A stretch of DNA of 64,000 nt from an uncultured Eubacterium sp. (lineage in GTDB: Bacteria > Bacillota > Clostridia > Lachnospirales > Lachnospiraceae), in contig URAI01000004.1 of NCBI GenBank assembly GCA_900545725.1, positions 3,726 to 67,725 on the forward strand, given 5' to 3'. How positions within the stretch are numbered: the first letter of the stretch is position 1; each line of letters starts with the position of its first letter. The position numbers and the translations under genes were made by a program. Positions 62,366-64,000 of the stretch are shown here, piece by piece. Below the pieces are notes generated by a model. The model worked only from the letters and a program-made list of their open reading frames with translations, made no database searches and was not told where the DNA came from.

Positions 62366-62866
62366 ATGCTTAGATTAGATATGAATCTTGTCTTTACTAT
62401 AATAAATCTGCTTATTTTATTCCTATTATTAAAGAAGTTCCTTTTTGGTCCTGTAGTAAGCGTTATGGAAAAAAGAAAAGCGCTTATAGAAGAACAGCTT
62501 GCCAATGCTGCTAATACGCAGGCAGAAGCTGATAAGATGAAGGCTGAATATGAGGAAACATTTAAGAATGCTGATTCACAGGCAGCCGACATAATCAGCG
62601 AGGCAAAGAAGAATGCCAAAGCTGAATATGATAAGATTGTTGAGGATGCTCATACACAGGCTGGCAGGATAGTAGAGAATGCAGAAAAGAATATGGAAGT
62701 TCAGAAAGAAAAAACACTTCGCGATATGGAAAGTGAAATTGCAGGTCTTGCAATGAGCGCAGCAACCAAAGTAATTAATGATAAATCAAGTGGACTTGAT
62801 AACGCTAAGTTATACGACGAATTTTTAGGTAAAGCAGGTGATGCCAATGACACAGACATCCATTAA
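62366..62866 (+). CDS. atpF: F0 ATP synthase subunit b
   Basis: N-terminal TM (INLLILFLLLKKFLFGP) plus coiled coil; operon position. Confidence 0.93.
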   Translation: MLRLDMNLVFTIINLLILFLLLKKFLFGPVVSVMEKRKALIEEQLANAANTQAEADKMKAEYEETFKNADSQAADIISEAKKNAKAEYDKIVEDAHTQAGRIVENAEKNMEVQKEKTLRDMESEIAGLAMSAATKVINDKSSGLDNAKLYDEFLGKAGDANDTDIH

Positions 62867-63350
62867 TTATGCGACAGTTTTATATGAACTTGAAATTCCA
62901 AAAGAAATAATTGATGAGACAGAGAGAATTTTTACAGAAAATGATATTCTGTATAAGAGTCTTTTAAGTCCAATTGTTTCAAAGAATAGTAAGGATAATA
63001 TTATAGACAGGGTATTTCCTAAGGAAATGCACAATTTTTTAAAGGTTTTGTGTCATTATAACAGTATTGATTATATTTATGAGATTTTTGATGAATACAA
63101 GACCATAACATATGAGAAAAATGGTATTTTACCTGCTACGCTTGAGTATGTTGTAGAACCTGATAAGAACCAGAAACAGGGAATTGAAAACTATCTTTGC
63201 CATAAATTTGGAAAAGATAAGGTTGAATTAAACTGTATATATAAACCTGAGCTTATCGGAGGTTTTGTAATCAATGCCGGCGATGTCGAAATAGACAGAA
63301 GCGTAAAGGGTAGAATAGAGCAGTTACAGCTAAAACTAGTAAAGAGGTGA
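62847..63350 (+). CDS. atpH: F1 ATP synthase subunit delta
   Basis: PELIGGFVI...IDRSVK; operon position. Confidence 0.9.
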   Translation: MTQTSINYATVLYELEIPKEIIDETERIFTENDILYKSLLSPIVSKNSKDNIIDRVFPKEMHNFLKVLCHYNSIDYIYEIFDEYKTITYEKNGILPATLEYVVEPDKNQKQGIENYLCHKFGKDKVELNCIYKPELIGGFVINAGDVEIDRSVKGRIEQLQLKLVKR

Positions 63351-63354
63351 TATT

Positions 63355-64000
63355 TTGAGTTCTATTAGTTCAGAAGAAATAATATCTATTTTGAAGAGTG
63401 AAATAGAAAACTTTGATTATGATACATCTGATAAAGAAACCGGATCAGTCATCTGGGTTGGTGATGGTATTGCAACTGTATATGGCATTGATCATGCGAT
63501 GTACGGAGAAATCGTAGTATTTGATACCGGCGTTAAGGGAATGGTGCAGGATATCAGAAAGACAGAGATAGGATGTATTCTATTTGGTAAGGATACAGGG
63601 ATAAGAGAAGGTTCTAAGGTAGTAAGAACAGGCAAAAAGGCAGGTATTCCTGTTGGTGATAAGTTTGTAGGACGTATTATTGATGCTCTCGGTGCTCCAA
63701 TTGATGGAAAGGGAGATATTGAAAGTACAGATTACAGACCAATTGAACAGGAAGCACCTGGAATCGTTGACAGAAAGTCAGTTGATGAGCCATTACAGAC
63801 AGGTATTCTTGCCATTGATTCGATGTTCCCTATTGGTAAAGGACAAAGAGAATTAATAATCGGAGACAGACAGACAGGTAAGACATCTATAGCAATTGAT
63901 GCGATGCTTAACCAGAAGGGCAAGGATGTTATATGTATATATGTTGCTATTGGTCAGAAAGCGTCAACTGTTGCAAAGATAGTTAATACTTTAACAAAAA
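63355..64000 (+). CDS. atpA: F1 ATP synthase subunit alpha (3' partial; not in the ORF track)
   Basis: TTG start after GAGG: MSSISSEEIISILKSEIEN...VGDGIA...PLQTGILAIDSMFPIGKGQRELIIGDRQTGKT. Confidence 0.97.
   Translation, partial: MSSISSEEIISILKSEIENFDYDTSDKETGSVIWVGDGIATVYGIDHAMYGEIVVFDTGVKGMVQDIRKTEIGCILFGKDTGIREGSKVVRTGKKAGIPVGDKFVGRIIDALGAPIDGKGDIESTDYRPIEQEAPGIVDRKSVDEPLQTGILAIDSMFPIGKGQRELIIGDRQTGKTSIAIDAMLNQKGKDVICIYVAIGQKASTVAKIVNTLTK

Noticed and set aside
556..63923. Numerous short ORF-track entries antisense to or nested within long genes (e.g. 7719-8264, 21150-21881, 43511-44101, 51675-52613)
   Set aside because: Shadow frames of well-supported + strand genes, with no recognisable motifs

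Overview
AT-rich chromosomal segment with almost all genes on the + strand; gene content and style suggest a gut Lachnospiraceae (Lachnospira/Eubacterium eligens-like; inference). In order: degenerate GGDEF-domain gene end; fibro-slime adhesin + sipW + SipW-cognate (TasA/BsaA-class) subunit; a hypothetical protein; heterodimeric ABC exporter; FabX/FabK-family flavoenzyme; AraC + GH105 + rhaMBAD; csoR-copA; double-XRE, orphan LytTR and cNMP-domain genes; pstB-phoU-Na/Pi cotransporter-phoPR (no pstSCA); YhgE/Pip pair; hybrid histidine kinase; metY-cysK; glpK; sbcDC; yybP-ykoY riboswitch + Ca/Na antiporter; ptsI; sugar ABC transporter; start of the F0F1 atp operon. No tRNA, rRNA, CRISPR array or transposase was seen. 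Most notable: (i) a SipW fibre operon whose large adhesin ends in a C-terminal mimic of the subunit's predicted N-terminal donor strand; (ii) an unannotated 26-aa Cys-rich leader peptide before metY-cysK; (iii) three promoter-to-terminator non-coding units (~140, ~410, ~520 nt), one rich in hairpin-loop GGA motifs; (iv) a modular dispersed repeat family that often supplies ribosome-binding sites; (v) several structured 5' leaders. Functional calls come from motif recognition by eye, not from database searches.
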